Shown in pieces: positions 13,231-25,937 of a DNA stretch of 64,000 bases (position 1 is its first letter; each line of letters opens with the position of its first letter). The notes beneath the pieces are model-generated. The model was given only the letters and a program-made list of their open reading frames with translations. It ran no database searches and was not told the DNA's origin. Location of the stretch: assembly GCF_009914755.1 (NCBI RefSeq), contig NC_060940.1. One strand, written 5' to 3'. This DNA is from the human T2T-CHM13v2.0 reference genome, Homo sapiens. The position numbers and the translations under genes were made by a program.

Positions 13231-14364
13231 GAAATACGTTGCATTGCCAAAAAGAAAATGAAAATACTTAAGTAGATAAGAACTACAGGTGTATGCATGC
13301 TGTAGTCCATGACCTTGAATTTCAGCTCTGGGGCTTGATGGTATTTACAAAATGAAAACTATTTCCCAGCTGTGAACTGAGTGAACTGCAATACTTCATG
13401 CCCTCAAACTTCTCAATTTCTATGCTTAGTGGCAACGTCAGTAGCTGGTAAAGTTGGAGAAGAAGCACCATAAGATTCGGAAGCATAGTTGAAATTTAAT
13501 TTTCAACATAACCAGGACGGTAACCGTTAAGTATTCCCCGCCCCCGCCCCGGAATCTGGGAAAATGCTAAGTTAATTTTTGAAACCTTGAAGAAACGGAG
13601 ACCACAGACATTGCCCATCTCAAAATCACTCTTTAGTTTGGCCGCCTGCTGAGCTAATGACCCACTGACTGGGTCTTAGGCTTTTGAAAGCCTAGCTCTA
13701 ACATCAAACTTTCATCTCAGCAATAGCAGCCTGTCTCTAATGAATTTTTTATTTGTTTACTCACTGCTTCTCTGGGATATAAAAGTAACACTCATCTTTT
13801 TAATATTAAAGCTAGAACTTTAAATCAGGGCCTAATCCAGTGCCTAACGGTTTAAATTCACTACAACCAAGACAGCTTCCCTTTTGGAGAAATCATACTC
13901 CGAAATAAGGGGAGATGGTACTGTGGGGAAGGAGTGACACATCATGTGTGTGTTCTTTTAATCCTTTTGTAAGCAGAGAGCTAAGTTATTAGCATCCAAC
14001 TGTGTACTGTACATCACGTGGGTTCCAGGAACACATCCACCAAACAGCTATGTTTCCCTTCCCTTCAGGAGGATCAGCTCTTGATTTTGCTAACTCTTTC
14101 CTCTGCCATGTAAGCCTGCGGTTTTTTTACTCTTGGGGATTTAGAGACCATCAAGAGGAGAAAGCGCCCTGCAGAGAAATGTGGAGTGAGGGTGTTCAAA
14201 AGAAGACTCACACCTCGGGGCCACTCATAGGCCCAGGAGGATATTTAGCTAAACGTTGGGATGTTGTTTACTAGCCTTTCACACATGCATTGGAAAAAAT
14301 AAGATGTATTAATAAAATCGGATGGGAGAAGAGCCACCAGGATGCAAAAGACTGACTATGGAGA

Positions 14365-14558
14365 CAGAGAACAGCAGTGATGACCTTGGGCCAGAGTCCG
14401 AGTGGTGGGAAATCAAGGGAGGGGCACCAGGAAACCCTCGGGGTACAGGATATGTTCTCTATCTTGATTTGGCAGTAGTTTCAGTGGAGTGAACACAGGT
14501 AAGAACTCATTGAGTTGCATTCTTTGGGTGCACTTTATGTCAATTATACATCAGTAAG
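14365..14558 (+). mobile_element. L1ME 3'UTR fragment
   Basis: ATGTTCTCTATCTTGATTTGG, AACTCATTGAGTTG, GTGCACTTTA. Confidence 0.65.
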
Positions 14559-14629
14559 TCAGTGTAGTGTGAGTTTTAAATAATGAAATATCATAAGTCT
14601 ACAAACACATGAGATGAAGTCATAATGAC

Positions 14630-14800
14630 TAGTCTTTGAATCCCAATTCTGCAAATATTAGCTATGTAGCTACAAATGTGCAACTTCCTTCAGTTTTCTT
14701 ATCAGAAAATGGGGATAATTCATGGAGTTGTGAAAAGAATCGATGAGATACTGAAATCCTCTTGTATGAACTCTAGTGTTCATACAGAGGCACTCAAACC
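14630..14800 (+). mobile_element. MIR
   Basis: TTTGAATCCC..CAGTTTTCTTATCAGAAAATGGGGATAAT. Confidence 0.65.
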
Positions 14801-15379
14801 ATCAAACCATTTGGTTAATTTACACACACCCCCCTCCTCCATCCACTGTAACTTAAATGTATTTCCTCACATTTCTGTTGGGGATGCTTTTCATCCTACC
14901 ACTATCCCTAAAACTTCAAAGATCTACTAATAATGCAAAAATCACATCTGTTAACATATAGATGTTAACACTGACAGATGGCAGGTAAGCACGGGATGTT
15001 CCCATGTACTGTATACATCTGATTTAATCTTTCAAAAGTTCTACAGTGTGGATTCAATACATGCCCCTATTCTGAACCTTATCCAACTCAGAAAAGTGTT
15101 CATAAGAATGGTATGTGCTTTCCCAGAATACCCCGGGGGCATTTTATAGATTCCGATTATTACACCACCTTCATTCATGTAAAAACATACTGCTTCCTAA
15201 AAATTTCACAGAGTGCCTTACTAAGTATGGTATCTTAGACTAATTGTTCACTCCATCTGAAAATAAAAACATATAAATAATGTATTCACCGATGTACTCA
15301 TCTTTATTAAGATCTGCTAGAACAACATATGCCAAGTTCAATGGGGACCCAACAAGCATACATACAGGTTCAGGGCAGA

Positions 15380-15560
15380 TATTTTGGAGTCTGATCCATT
15401 AGATAGTAAATCCTGGCTTTTTCTAGTACCTCCCTGGATGACTCTAGAAAAGTCATCAACCTAAGTTTCCTTCTGTAATAAGATGTGGAAAACAACAACT
15501 TGTTAGATTGTGGTGAGAATTAAGTAGTATAGCCCTATTTACAGGCTAAAAAGCACCATT
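15380..15560 (+). mobile_element. MIR
   Basis: TGGAGTCTGA..AAATCCTGGCT..GTTTCCTTCTGTAA..TTGTGGTGAGAATTAAG. Confidence 0.55.
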
Positions 15561-16147
15561 TAGCTGCTGAAGGATGCAGGAGACAGACCTGCCTCAGACA
15601 CTCTCACTGAGGTTCCCCATTCCCATAGGAGTGAGGCCAGTGGTCAGTTTCAATCTAGGTTTACATATCCATTGGCTACTTTAAGATGTATACTGTCACT
15701 GTGCTCTGCCATATTGAAAGTGCTTCAACAAGTCATGCCTAAGTGCCATCATAAGCAGGTGGAAAAAATTACTGTTCTCAACAAGGCCCCACTTGGCAGT
15801 TTCATACCCTGTGACAGAAGCAGGCCCAGGTGCTGCAGAAAGATCTGGCAGGATAGCCACACCAAGAAAAGACAAGTTTATCTCCAATTTAAGCTTCTCT
15901 TTCCATTTGCTCCTTCTATTTCAGGATAGACAGTACAGTTCCTTGTGTGTATCCGTTTGCACTGGTGGAGACCCCACAATGGGAATTCGCTGTCCCCAAA
16001 CTGTGCCTAAACTGGCATGGCCATTGATGGATGAAAAAGTAGACTCTTGAAATAAGGACTAGAACACTATGCAAATGTGTGAATAGGAAGCTTTCACCTA
16101 TTTCCTATAAATGCCTATTTTCATAATACCTCGTGGTTGATAACTGG

Positions 16148-16789
16148 TATATTAGTTGGTTCTCACACTGCTATAAAGAACCTGAGACTGGGTAATTGAG
16201 ATGTTTAATTGACTCATGGTTCCACAGGCTGTACAGGGAGCATGGCTGTGGAGGAAACTTACTATCATAGCAGAAGGCAAACAGGAAGTAGGCATGTCCT
16301 CCATGGTAGGAGCAGGAGAAAGAGAAATGGAGAACATGCTACACACTTTTTAAAAACCACATCTCATGAGAACTTACTATCACAAGAATAGCAAGGGGGA
16401 ACAGCTGGGAAAGATGGCTCACACCTCTAAATCCCTGCACTTTGGGAGGCCAAGGTGGATGGATCACATGAGGTCAGGAGTTCCAGACAAGCCTGGACAA
16501 CACGGCGAAGCCCCATCTCTACTAAGAGGCATGGTGATGGGCACCTCTAATCCCAGCTACTCAGGAGGCTGAGGCAGGAGAATCGCTTGAACCCGGGAGT
16601 TGAAGGTTGCTGTTAGCCAAGATTGCACCACTGCACTCCAGCCTGGGCAACAGAGTGAGACCCTGTCTGAAAATAATAATAATAATAGCAAGGAGAAAGT
16701 CTGCCCTCATGAGCCAGTCACCTCCCCCAACATTGGGGGTTACAATTTGACATGAGATATGGGCAGGGACACAAATCCAAACCACATCA
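16148..16789 (-). mobile_element. MSTA MaLR solo LTR, split by an Alu
   Basis: ATTAGTTGGTTCTCACACTGCTATAAAGAA...CCAAACCACATCA; 5-bp TSD ACTGG on both sides. Confidence 0.9.
16403..16683 (+). mobile_element. Alu, AluS-type, linker deleted
   Basis: TSD AATAGCAAGG on both sides; (AAT)n tail. Confidence 0.92.
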
Positions 16790-16844
16790 ACTGGATCTGT
16801 AATCTTACCTGAATTCAAGGCACTTGCTTTTCAGGCCCACTGAC

Positions 16845-17070
16845 CAAGTGTCAAATCCCGGCCCCTTCCCCACATTTCTGGATGACCCTGGGGATGCACT
16901 TCCCATTTAGAAACCTGTTTCTTCCTATGATAAAATGGGATGAATAAGACTATGAAACCCCACAGGCTACGGAGAGAATTAAATGGTACAATAAATAAAG
17001 TTCTTACCACTATGCTTCACACCCACCTAGGGTGCAATAAAATCTATTGTTATTGCTGTCATGATTATTT
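16845..17070 (+). mobile_element. MIR
   Basis: TCAAATCCCGGC..GTTTCTTCCTATGATAAAATGGGA..CAATAAA. Confidence 0.6.
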
Positions 17071-17589
17071 TTGCTCCAGGTATTTTTCCACAGCCTGATA
17101 AATTCAGGGTGGGGGGAATATCTCCAACAGAAAGGAGACAGCTTGGCATTCCTGACTTCAGAAAGGAAAGCCAGGTTGAAGAGTTTTGAGTTATCTAGCT
17201 CATTGGTTTTTTTTCTGGTTCCCTGTTACGACTCTCCACTGGGACAATGTTTTTCTATAGACAAATTTCCACATGTAATAGAAAAAAAAAATCGAGGGAA
17301 AAAAGTTACACTATTGCTGAAAATTGTTGCTGGAAAAAATGAAAGACTTCATTGAAAGCCTGAGACATTTTAGAACCAGTGTAATCAAATCCATGTCTCT
17401 GCTTGAGGATCAGAGTATCCAAAACATAGTGTGGGCTGGGTCAGTGGGTGTAGGGACAGAAAAACACCACAAAACTTGAGTTACGCATGCCTTGTGTGTT
17501 GCTTTCACGTCTCCCGTTGAACACTTAAAACTCAGAAAATGTATCACTGAGCTTTTCTGCTTAGCTGAAAACCAAGTCAAACAGAACTT

Positions 17590-17778
17590 GCTACTCAGTT
17601 CCTATGTGTAACCTCACCATATCTGATCTGCCAACAAGATGCAGTTTCCATATCTGCAAAGAGGGGATAGTAATGATACCTACCCTCCTAAGGTTATTTA
17701 GGGAAGCAAGACTCACCATAAAGAAAATTATGTTGTGCTTGACACAAACTATGTTGAGCGCTTTAGCCATTGTTATTA
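17590..17778 (+). mobile_element. MIR
   Basis: CAGTTTCCATATCTGCAAAGAGGGGATAGTAATGATACCTACC. Confidence 0.6.
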
Positions 17779-18098
17779 GAAGGGGTAAGTAGTCTTTGGA
17801 CAGCTCACATAATTTCTCAGATGTCTATGAAACTCTAAGACACTGGGCCAGAATTTAGAATGAGCAGCACAAATTTTATAAACTCTCCCAAATTGCTCAA
17901 AGATATTCTGTTCTTTTCTGAGGCACAAATAAAACCCAAAAGTGTGTGTATTGTGCAATAGGAGAAAGAATCTCATGTGCAGTGGATATACTCAGGCTGA
18001 AGCTCAACCTCAATTTCTGAAACTTTTAAAGTCAAATCAATTACCATATTCTAGAAATCAAACAAACCACATATTTGGTTCTGTTTCCAATTTCTTAA

Positions 18099-18652
18099 TG
18101 TATTAGATTTCTCTAGAGGGACAGAACTAATAGAATACATGTGTATATGAAAGGGAGTTTATTAAGGAGAATTGGCTCACATTCACATGGTAAAGTCCCA
18201 CAACAGGCCATGTGCAAGTTGAGGAGCAAGGAAGCCAGTGGTGGATCAGTGTGAGTCCCAAAACCTCAGAAGTAGGGAAGCTGACAATGCAGCCTTCAGT
18301 CTGTGGCCAAAGGCCTGAGAGCCCCTAGCAAATCACTGTTATAAGTCCAAGAGTCCAAAAGCTGAAGAACCTGGAGTCCAATGTTTGACGACAGGAAGCA
18401 TCCAGCACAACAGAAAAACAAAGGCTAGAAGACTCACCAAGTCCAGTCCTTTCATGTTCTTCTGCCTTTCATCCTAGCCACAGTGGCAGCTGATTAGATG
18501 GTGCCCACCCAAATTGAGGATGGGTCTACGTCTCTCCCAGTCCACTGACTCAAATGTTAATTTCCTTTGGCAACACCCTCACAGACACACCCAGGATCAA
18601 CACTTTGCATCCTTCAATCCAATCAAGTTGACACTCAATATTAACCATCACA
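18099..18652 (-). mobile_element. MLT2A (MLT2A2-like) ERVL solo LTR
   Basis: TGTATTAG..CTCTAGAGGGACAGAACTAATAG...CAATATTAACCATCACA; TSD CTTAA/CTTGA; ~550 bp. Confidence 0.92.
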
Positions 18653-18717
18653 CTTGATATTGTTTTCAAATCTACTTTAACTATAAAGAATCAAAAGAAA
18701 TATGAAAGTAAATAAGA

Positions 18718-19027
<310 letters not shown>

Positions 19028-19807
19028 TCGAGATTAGCATAAATATGTTCATTTAGAAAACCTAAGTTTTTCTGGATGACATCTTCCAGTCCTAGTCTTA
19101 GAAATATTCATTCTACAGTTAAGTACCTATAATTAGTTTCAAAATGGTACACATACCTTCAATAATCTGACCCTATTCTTTTCCTGCTTATCTTCTCTCA
19201 TGCATCTCAGGAGTCACCTGTACCAAATAACCTAATTTCCTGATGTTCCAAGTCTTTTTACCCATGCACCCTGCTTTACTATGCTTACATAATAAACCTC
19301 TACACATTGTTCAATTTAACTTTGAGCTATTCTAAAGAAAATAGTCTAAGTGTCTCAAACAGGAGTCAAAGTCTTGATTTAGCTGATGTGCTTTGGGGAC
19401 CACCTGAACCAGATCTTTTTTTCAGACAGAGCAGGGCTGGAATTTCCAGGGCAAGAACAAGAGAAGGAACAATAGAGCAGCACACGTCCTTTAGGTACCA
19501 TTTGACTCCTGGAACAGTTCTCATCAGGTCAATGGTGTCTTTGGAGTATGGGATTGTGGGTGATGGGGAGTAAGCATTTGACTCATGAAACAGGTAACCT
19601 CTAACTTCCAGGAAACTTGTAGTTGTAATGGTTAGGAGATGGTTCCAGTTTTTTATGCCTCTGGCTCAAGATCCTCAGCAAACCCATCCTGATAACTGTC
19701 CTGACAGTGCTTTAGACAGCTTTCAAGCTTCTTACGGTCATGTCTACAAGGCCTCTCCAAGATATTTGCTAGTATTTCTGGGGAAGGAAGGTCAGACAGA
19801 CCAGAGA

Positions 19808-19962
19808 GACCTGTCTCTTTTTAGAAAGTCATTAATCCTATCATGAGGGCACCACTCTTCAACATCTCATGTAAACCTCATCTCCTCCCAAAATCCTCAC
19901 CTCCATCACACTGAATCAGGGCTTCAACACATGAGTTGGAAGGACACAAACATTCGGCCCAC
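19808..19962 (-). mobile_element. MLT1A-type LTR fragment
   Basis: ATTAATCCTATCATGAGGGC..GGGCTTCAACACATGAGTT..GACACAAACATTC. Confidence 0.7.
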
Positions 19963-19967
19963 GATGT

Positions 19968-20530
19968 GCATAGTTTTATTCAAAATACAAAATTTAAAAC
20001 AGCCCATCAACAATGGTTGACTATAATGGAATTCTACCTACAATGGAATACTCGGCAATAAAAAGACACAAGGACTGGGCACAGTGGCTCATGCCTGTAT
20101 TCCCAACAATTTGGAAGCCAAGGTGGGGGGATGGCTTGAGGTCAGGAGTTCAAGACCAACCTTAGTTACATAGAAGACATAGTCTCTACTAAAAAATTAA
20201 ACATACAAAGTTGTTTTTGTACCAAGTATGATTCTTAATATTAAGGAAGGCAGACACTAAGGAGTACATTCTCTATGATTTCATTTATATTAAAATTTGA
20301 AAGCAGCCAAAACCTAACACTGATGGAAATTAGGTCAATGGAGTCTTTGGAGTATGGGATTACAGGTGGTGGGGATTGACTAGGAAGGTAAATGAGGGGC
20401 CGTCTCTATGAGAGTGAGCATTTTATAATCTTTCTAGGCATGTGGGTTATTACAGATAGGTGAAATTTGTCAAATCTAGCTGATCTTCCTGACAGATTGT
20501 GTTTTACTGTAAATAAATTATATTTTAAAA
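19968..20530 (+). mobile_element. L1ME 3' fragment, split by an Alu monomer
   Basis: CAATGGAATACT, GAGTACATTCTCTATGATTTCATTTATA, TTTTACTGTAAATAAATTATA. Confidence 0.65.
20072..20200 (+). mobile_element. Alu left monomer (FLAM-like)
   Basis: Single arm ending TCTCTACTAAAAAA. Confidence 0.85.
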
Positions 20531-20609
20531 CCCTTGGTATACATGTGAGAGGTATTTCAGTGATCTGCAGGTCATTCGCCCCGGGAACAATCAAAATAGT
20601 GTTGCTGTA

Positions 20610-21068
20610 CCACTACTCATAATACCAAACACTTGGAATCAACCTAGGTGTCCATCAACAGTGGACTGGATCAAGAAAACACAGTCCATGCATGGCATGG
20701 AATACTATGCAGCCGTAAGAACAGAACAAAATCATGTCCTTTGCAACAACATGGATGCAACTAGCGGCCATTATCTTAAGGGAATTAATGCAACAACAGA
20801 AAACCAAATACCGCATGTTCTCATTGATAAGTGGGACCTGAACATTGAATACTTATGGAAATATAGACGGCAATAATAGACACTTGGGACTACTAGAGCA
20901 GAGAGGGAGGGAGGGGGGAAAGACAAAAATAAACTATTAGGTACTATGCGCTCACCCCCTGGGTGATGGGATCAGTTGTACCCCAAGCCTTAGCTTCACG
21001 CAATATATGCATGTAACAAATCTGCACATGTAACCTCCTTAATCTAAAATAAGTTGAAGTCAAAAAAA
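20610..21068 (+). mobile_element. L1PB (L1PB4-like) 3' end
   Basis: MDWIKK..MEYYAA ORF2 end; AACTATTAGGTACTATG, GTAACAAATCTGCACATGTA, A tail. Confidence 0.85.
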
Positions 21069-22329
21069 TGGAGTTTCTGTACACTGGTTTGCATTACTCA
21101 TCTTTTCCTGGCTGAAGATCTGGACAAGGTGGCTGGTGTTTTGACTACAATACAGTCAGAGGTTCAGAATGTCATGCTGGGGGATGGGGGGATTGGGGAG
21201 TAGGAATAAGACTGTTGGCTTCAAAGGAGAATTCTCCTAATAGTCATTTTATATGACTCTGGGGAATGGGGTCAAGTCTGTGCCCATTGATGGCTATGCC
21301 AATGACAAGTGAACTCAATTTGCACCCAAGTTCGCAAGCTGTTGAAGACAACTCATAACTTGTTGACTGTAAATACCCCTGTCATCAGATAACTTATCAC
21401 AAGCCTTTATTGAAAGTTTATGGGAATATTGTGCCTTGCCCTTTTTGCCAAGCAATCACACAGAAATCATCCTACAAAAGTTTAAGATAACCCACAAACT
21501 AAGGAATAAGGATTGTAAAAGATTTAGAACTCTATTCATAACCAGAATGACTTATTTGACTCTGAGCATGCACCATAAGAAAAAAATGCTATGCTATTTT
21601 CACATGTTATAAGACACTCTCAAAATGATGCAACTCATTGACTAAGGATATTCCTCAGATTTGTCATGTGAAAAAGATAATCTACTATGCTAATCAACTG
21701 TGTTGTACTAAAATTCCACGTAGATTAAATGCATTACTTGCCAAAAGGAATGTGACATATATACAACACCCAACGCCCCCTGTTCCAAGCACACACACAT
21801 CCTGCCTTATAATAATAGAAGTGTGTAAATTATCAAAAGTCTTCACACAGAGCCAAATGCTTCTTTAGTTTTTGGCTACATGATTTTAAACAGAACTGAA
21901 TGAAATGATCCCCTTGTGGCCCAGTCAAACACTTCTGCAAATAATAGCACCATGACACACTGGTATCTCTGGGTCTGAAAGCACTTTAGGTGTCTGGCAC
22001 TAGGGTGAACATGTGCTTTAGATTTCAGTTTTAGCCTAGGATTGTAGAAATGAGTCTGTCACCTGCCCTCAGTCTCTGAAACTTCAAATGAATATCTTAG
22101 ATGAAATTTTGGTGCATACAGCATACCCTTCACCCAGTGTCTAGGACAAATGGCCATGATATGAGTTTAAAAACCTGCAAGAGCAAGAAGAGAGGTCACT
22201 ATTATCTCCTGTCTCCTGCATTCCTTCCCCTCAAAAGGAAATCGTGTAGCTGGATTGCCAAGGGCTGCCTCAGCAGTAACAATGCCCCTCACTCAAGGTC
22301 CAGAGAGGGAAGACCAGAGAGGAAGCTGC

Positions 22330-22500
22330 GCAGAGCAGAAGCACTGAGCTCCAAGCCTCCTCTCATCACTTCCTAGTTACAAGGCCTTGGACAATCTAGT
22401 CAGCCTCCCCTTACAGAATTGTCATTCTTGAATGAGGGTTGCAGTGGGGATGCAAGTAGATGCACGCAAAGGGCTCGGAACTGCCTAGCACGTGGTGCTT
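22330..22500 (+). mobile_element. MIR
   Basis: CACTTCCTAG..CCTTGGACAA..TGCCTAGCACGTGGT. Confidence 0.5.
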
Positions 22501-22774
22501 TGAGGTTGCTGATTTCTGCACTCTTCCATGCCTTAGCTTCCCCATCTGGTCAATGACCTAGATGGGCTTCTCCAAGACCTCCAGCTCTATCATCTATTGC
22601 CATTTGATCATTCATGGTGCCCTTCCCCATAGGCTACCCATCACTCCCCTCCTCCCTCTGCCCCATCCCAAACCTCACACCAGTGTTTATAACGAGTCCT
22701 ACTTCTAAGTAAAGTGTCCTTCCAAGGACTTCCAGGACAGAACTGGCATCATTTGCTTATTGTGGGAAGCAATG

Positions 22775-23020
22775 TGTGTCGTGTTTAACAACATGAGCTT
22801 TAAAGCAAGACAGAACTGTGTTCATTCGCCAGCTTTGTCACTTATCAAGTGACTTTGGGAGAGCTTCGTAAAGCCTCAGGCTCCCCTTTGGTCTAATGAA
22901 TATAATAGTAGCTCTGGCATCAGGGAGCTAGTTGTTATAAGGATTACATTTTATACATGTGAATGTATAAAATACTTAGTGCAGTTTAAATACCAATGCA
23001 TTTTAAGCATTCTATAAATT
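22775..23020 (+). mobile_element. MIR
   Basis: AAGACAGAACTGTGTTCA..GTGACTTTGGG..GTTGTTATAAGGATT. Confidence 0.6.
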
Positions 23021-24599
23021 GTTATAGAATAGCAGCCGTAGTATTGCCAAAAGTAGTATTCACTCATTCAAGACAAAAATAAAAACAGGAATCATAGAAA
23101 ATATATAAAAACTGATGCCTTAAGAGTAGAGGGAGTGTGATAAAGAAAAGCCAAATTCAAGTGGGTTTGAATTCAGTTGTCACTTTCTGGGTATGTGATT
23201 TGGGGCAAGATCCTTCTGAGCTCAGTATCCCTAGTTGCAAAATTGGTACAACACGACATACCGTAAGCCCCAAATTGGCACTGGGTACTTAGTATTTAGG
23301 AGGCATAGACTATATAGAAGCTCCTATTGTTAGTTTCAGGGAAGGAGTGGAGCCCACTGTTGTCAGCCTCTATGCCAGGTAAGGCTTAATGTATCCACAT
23401 GGGAATGTTTTCCTAGCATAGAGACATTACTGATTCTAGGGAAACCACTGATGTCCATTGAAGGCAAGAGCAGGAAACATTGACATGTAGAATCAAAGAT
23501 GGACATTTCTGGAACAGGGCCAGGAGTGCACAGAAGAGAAAGGAATATAAAGCAACCCATAAGACTTGCTTGTTCTTGCTGCCATGCTGTAAGGGTCCAT
23601 TTGTGGCCCTATGTGGCTGTTAATGGTAAATCATTCTTGAAAGTAAAATAGCACTGAAAGTTTATGTGCATAGTATATGCCAATATGTGAGTGGCATTCC
23701 AAGAAATAGCAAATTTTGGAAGCGAAATAAGTTTAAGGGAAATAAGTCAACATATAATTCTTAGTAGTACTGCTAATCTTGCTAGGAGATACAAAAACAT
23801 TATTCAAATACTATCCAATGATGCTCACTTGTGTATGCCGCCAGTGTTTAAATATTCTTACAGGCTACAGTGGTTTATAAAGCAAAATATACAGACATTC
23901 ATTCATTTAAAAAGGCAACAGGCTCACCTGAAGATATAAACTTCTCAAAGATATAAAACTTTCAAAAGTTTTGGACTCTTAGTTCCACCAACATCAATGC
24001 AACATGAAAGGCATGTCTTGACCATTGCTTACAAAATCAGTATTTTGGATAAGACAATGTTTTGTTTTAAAATCAACTGAAGGATGATTTTAAAGTGTCA
24101 AACATTAATGAAATAGTTTTCGTTTGTGTAGCAATTTTCATTTAAAGTTTATTTTTGTTAATATTTTCTATGATCAAGTGTCTATTAGAAATGATTCTTA
24201 CATATTATTAAAGTATCTAACATTGTCACAATGTCAATTTATCATAATAAACCATGTTACGGAAAATCTAAACCATTTACTATAATCTTATTACAGAAAA
24301 AATCACTTTATCATCATGGTCATGCATCGGACAGTGTTATATAAAACACAATAAAACTTATGATATGGGGGAATATCTGGAGGAGTCCCAGGAATTTCAT
24401 CTTGTTCTTAAATCCTGAAGATTAAGATTTCAGGAATTTGATGACACTAGCGAAAATAAGTCATACATTCACCTAGCAAGTATTTTCTCTGCACAAGCTT
24501 AGTCACTTGTGAATAGCCAGCTTTCAGTTGGTGGTAGAGAGACAGACATTAACCAAATAAATGAAAAATAAGACTAAATTAGAAATGATGCCTGCTGCC

Positions 24600-25150
24600 C
24601 ACAGTAGACACTCTGGGGAATATGTGAACTAAGGCTTCAATGATTCAATCTGTACTGCCTTCTACCTTGAGGGGACAGCTCTGTCACGAGGGTCACATGG
24701 GATCTGCAGGTCCCCACCTCTTCCATGACTGATGGCTTCACAGCTCTGTAAGTCCTACCCGTAAGCAAACACCTGACCCAAGCTGACCAGAGTACCCCAT
24801 GCTGTCCACTCCCACCAGTGATTGGTCCAGAAGGTGGGCCTCTGACCCAAGCATGAAATTCACCTTCCTTTTCTGGGGTTCTGATATCTAAAGCTAGAAA
24901 AGAGTCATCTTTCCTTTCTCATGTGCTAACTACACAGCTGAGCTATAGCTATATCAGCCATGGCTCTGGCTTGAGACTGAGCTTGTTTCGGAGAGTAAGA
25001 GCTCCTACTGAGAGCTGAACAATGCAAAAGGTATCTTGATGGCATTTCATTCCCTGTGTCCTATCCCTCCCTTATCTTATTTTACATAAGCCACTCAGTC
25101 TACCTTTTAACCAATTCTGGATAGAGTTAGGTTTTTGCCGACCAGAGTAT
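24600..25150 (+). mobile_element. Ancient ERVL-class LTR (LTR33-like)
   Basis: CACCTGACCCAAGCTG, GTGATTGGTCCAG, ACATAAGCCA..GAGTTAGGTTTT; boundaries approximate. Confidence 0.4.
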
Positions 25151-25368
25151 TCTTCAGTAATACATAGTGACTTGAGAAATAGCCTGATACTCTAAAGAGA
25201 GCCACAAGAATTGGGTAAACTCTGGGAGTTCCACATTCATTGGTGAGAAAGGCAAAACAAACAACGACAATGTAAAATGGATTTGTGTTCCTACTGATGT
25301 AAAGGAACACAAGACTGTTGTGAGACCCAAAGACACATGTATTAGGTATAACTCTTTTTAAATACAGT

Positions 25369-25937
25369 GTTTTTATTTTAAGTTCTGAGGTACATGTGCT
25401 GAACATGTAGGTTTGTCACATAGGTATAAATGTGCCATGGTAGTTTGCTGCTCCTATCACCCATCATCTAGGTTTTAAGCCCCGCATGCAATAGGCATTT
25501 GTCCTAATGCTCTCACTCCCCTTGCCCCCACCCGTCAGGCCCCAATGTGTGATGTTCCCCTCCCTGTGTCCATGTGTTCTCATTGTTCAACTCCCACTTA
25601 TGAGAACATGTGTTTGGTTTTCTGTTCCTGTGTTTGTTTGCTGAGAATGATGGTTTCCAGCTTCATCCATGTCACTGCGGAGGACATGAACTCTTTTTAT
25701 GGCTGCATAGTATTCCATGGTGTATATGTGCCTCATTTTCTTTATCCAGTCTATCATTGATGGGCATTTGGGTTGGTTCCAAGTCTTTGCTATTGTGAAT
25801 AGTGCTGCGATAAACATACATGTGCATATGTCTTCATAGAATTAATTATAATCCTTTAGGTATATATCCAGTAAGAGGATTGCTGGGTCAAATGGTATTT
25901 TTGGTTCAAGATCCTTGAGGAATCGCCACACTGTCTT
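25369..25937 (-). mobile_element. L1PA8-like 3' end
   Basis: CTAGGTTTTAAGCCCCGCATGCA; ORF2 end [20 protein letters not shown]. Confidence 0.9.
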
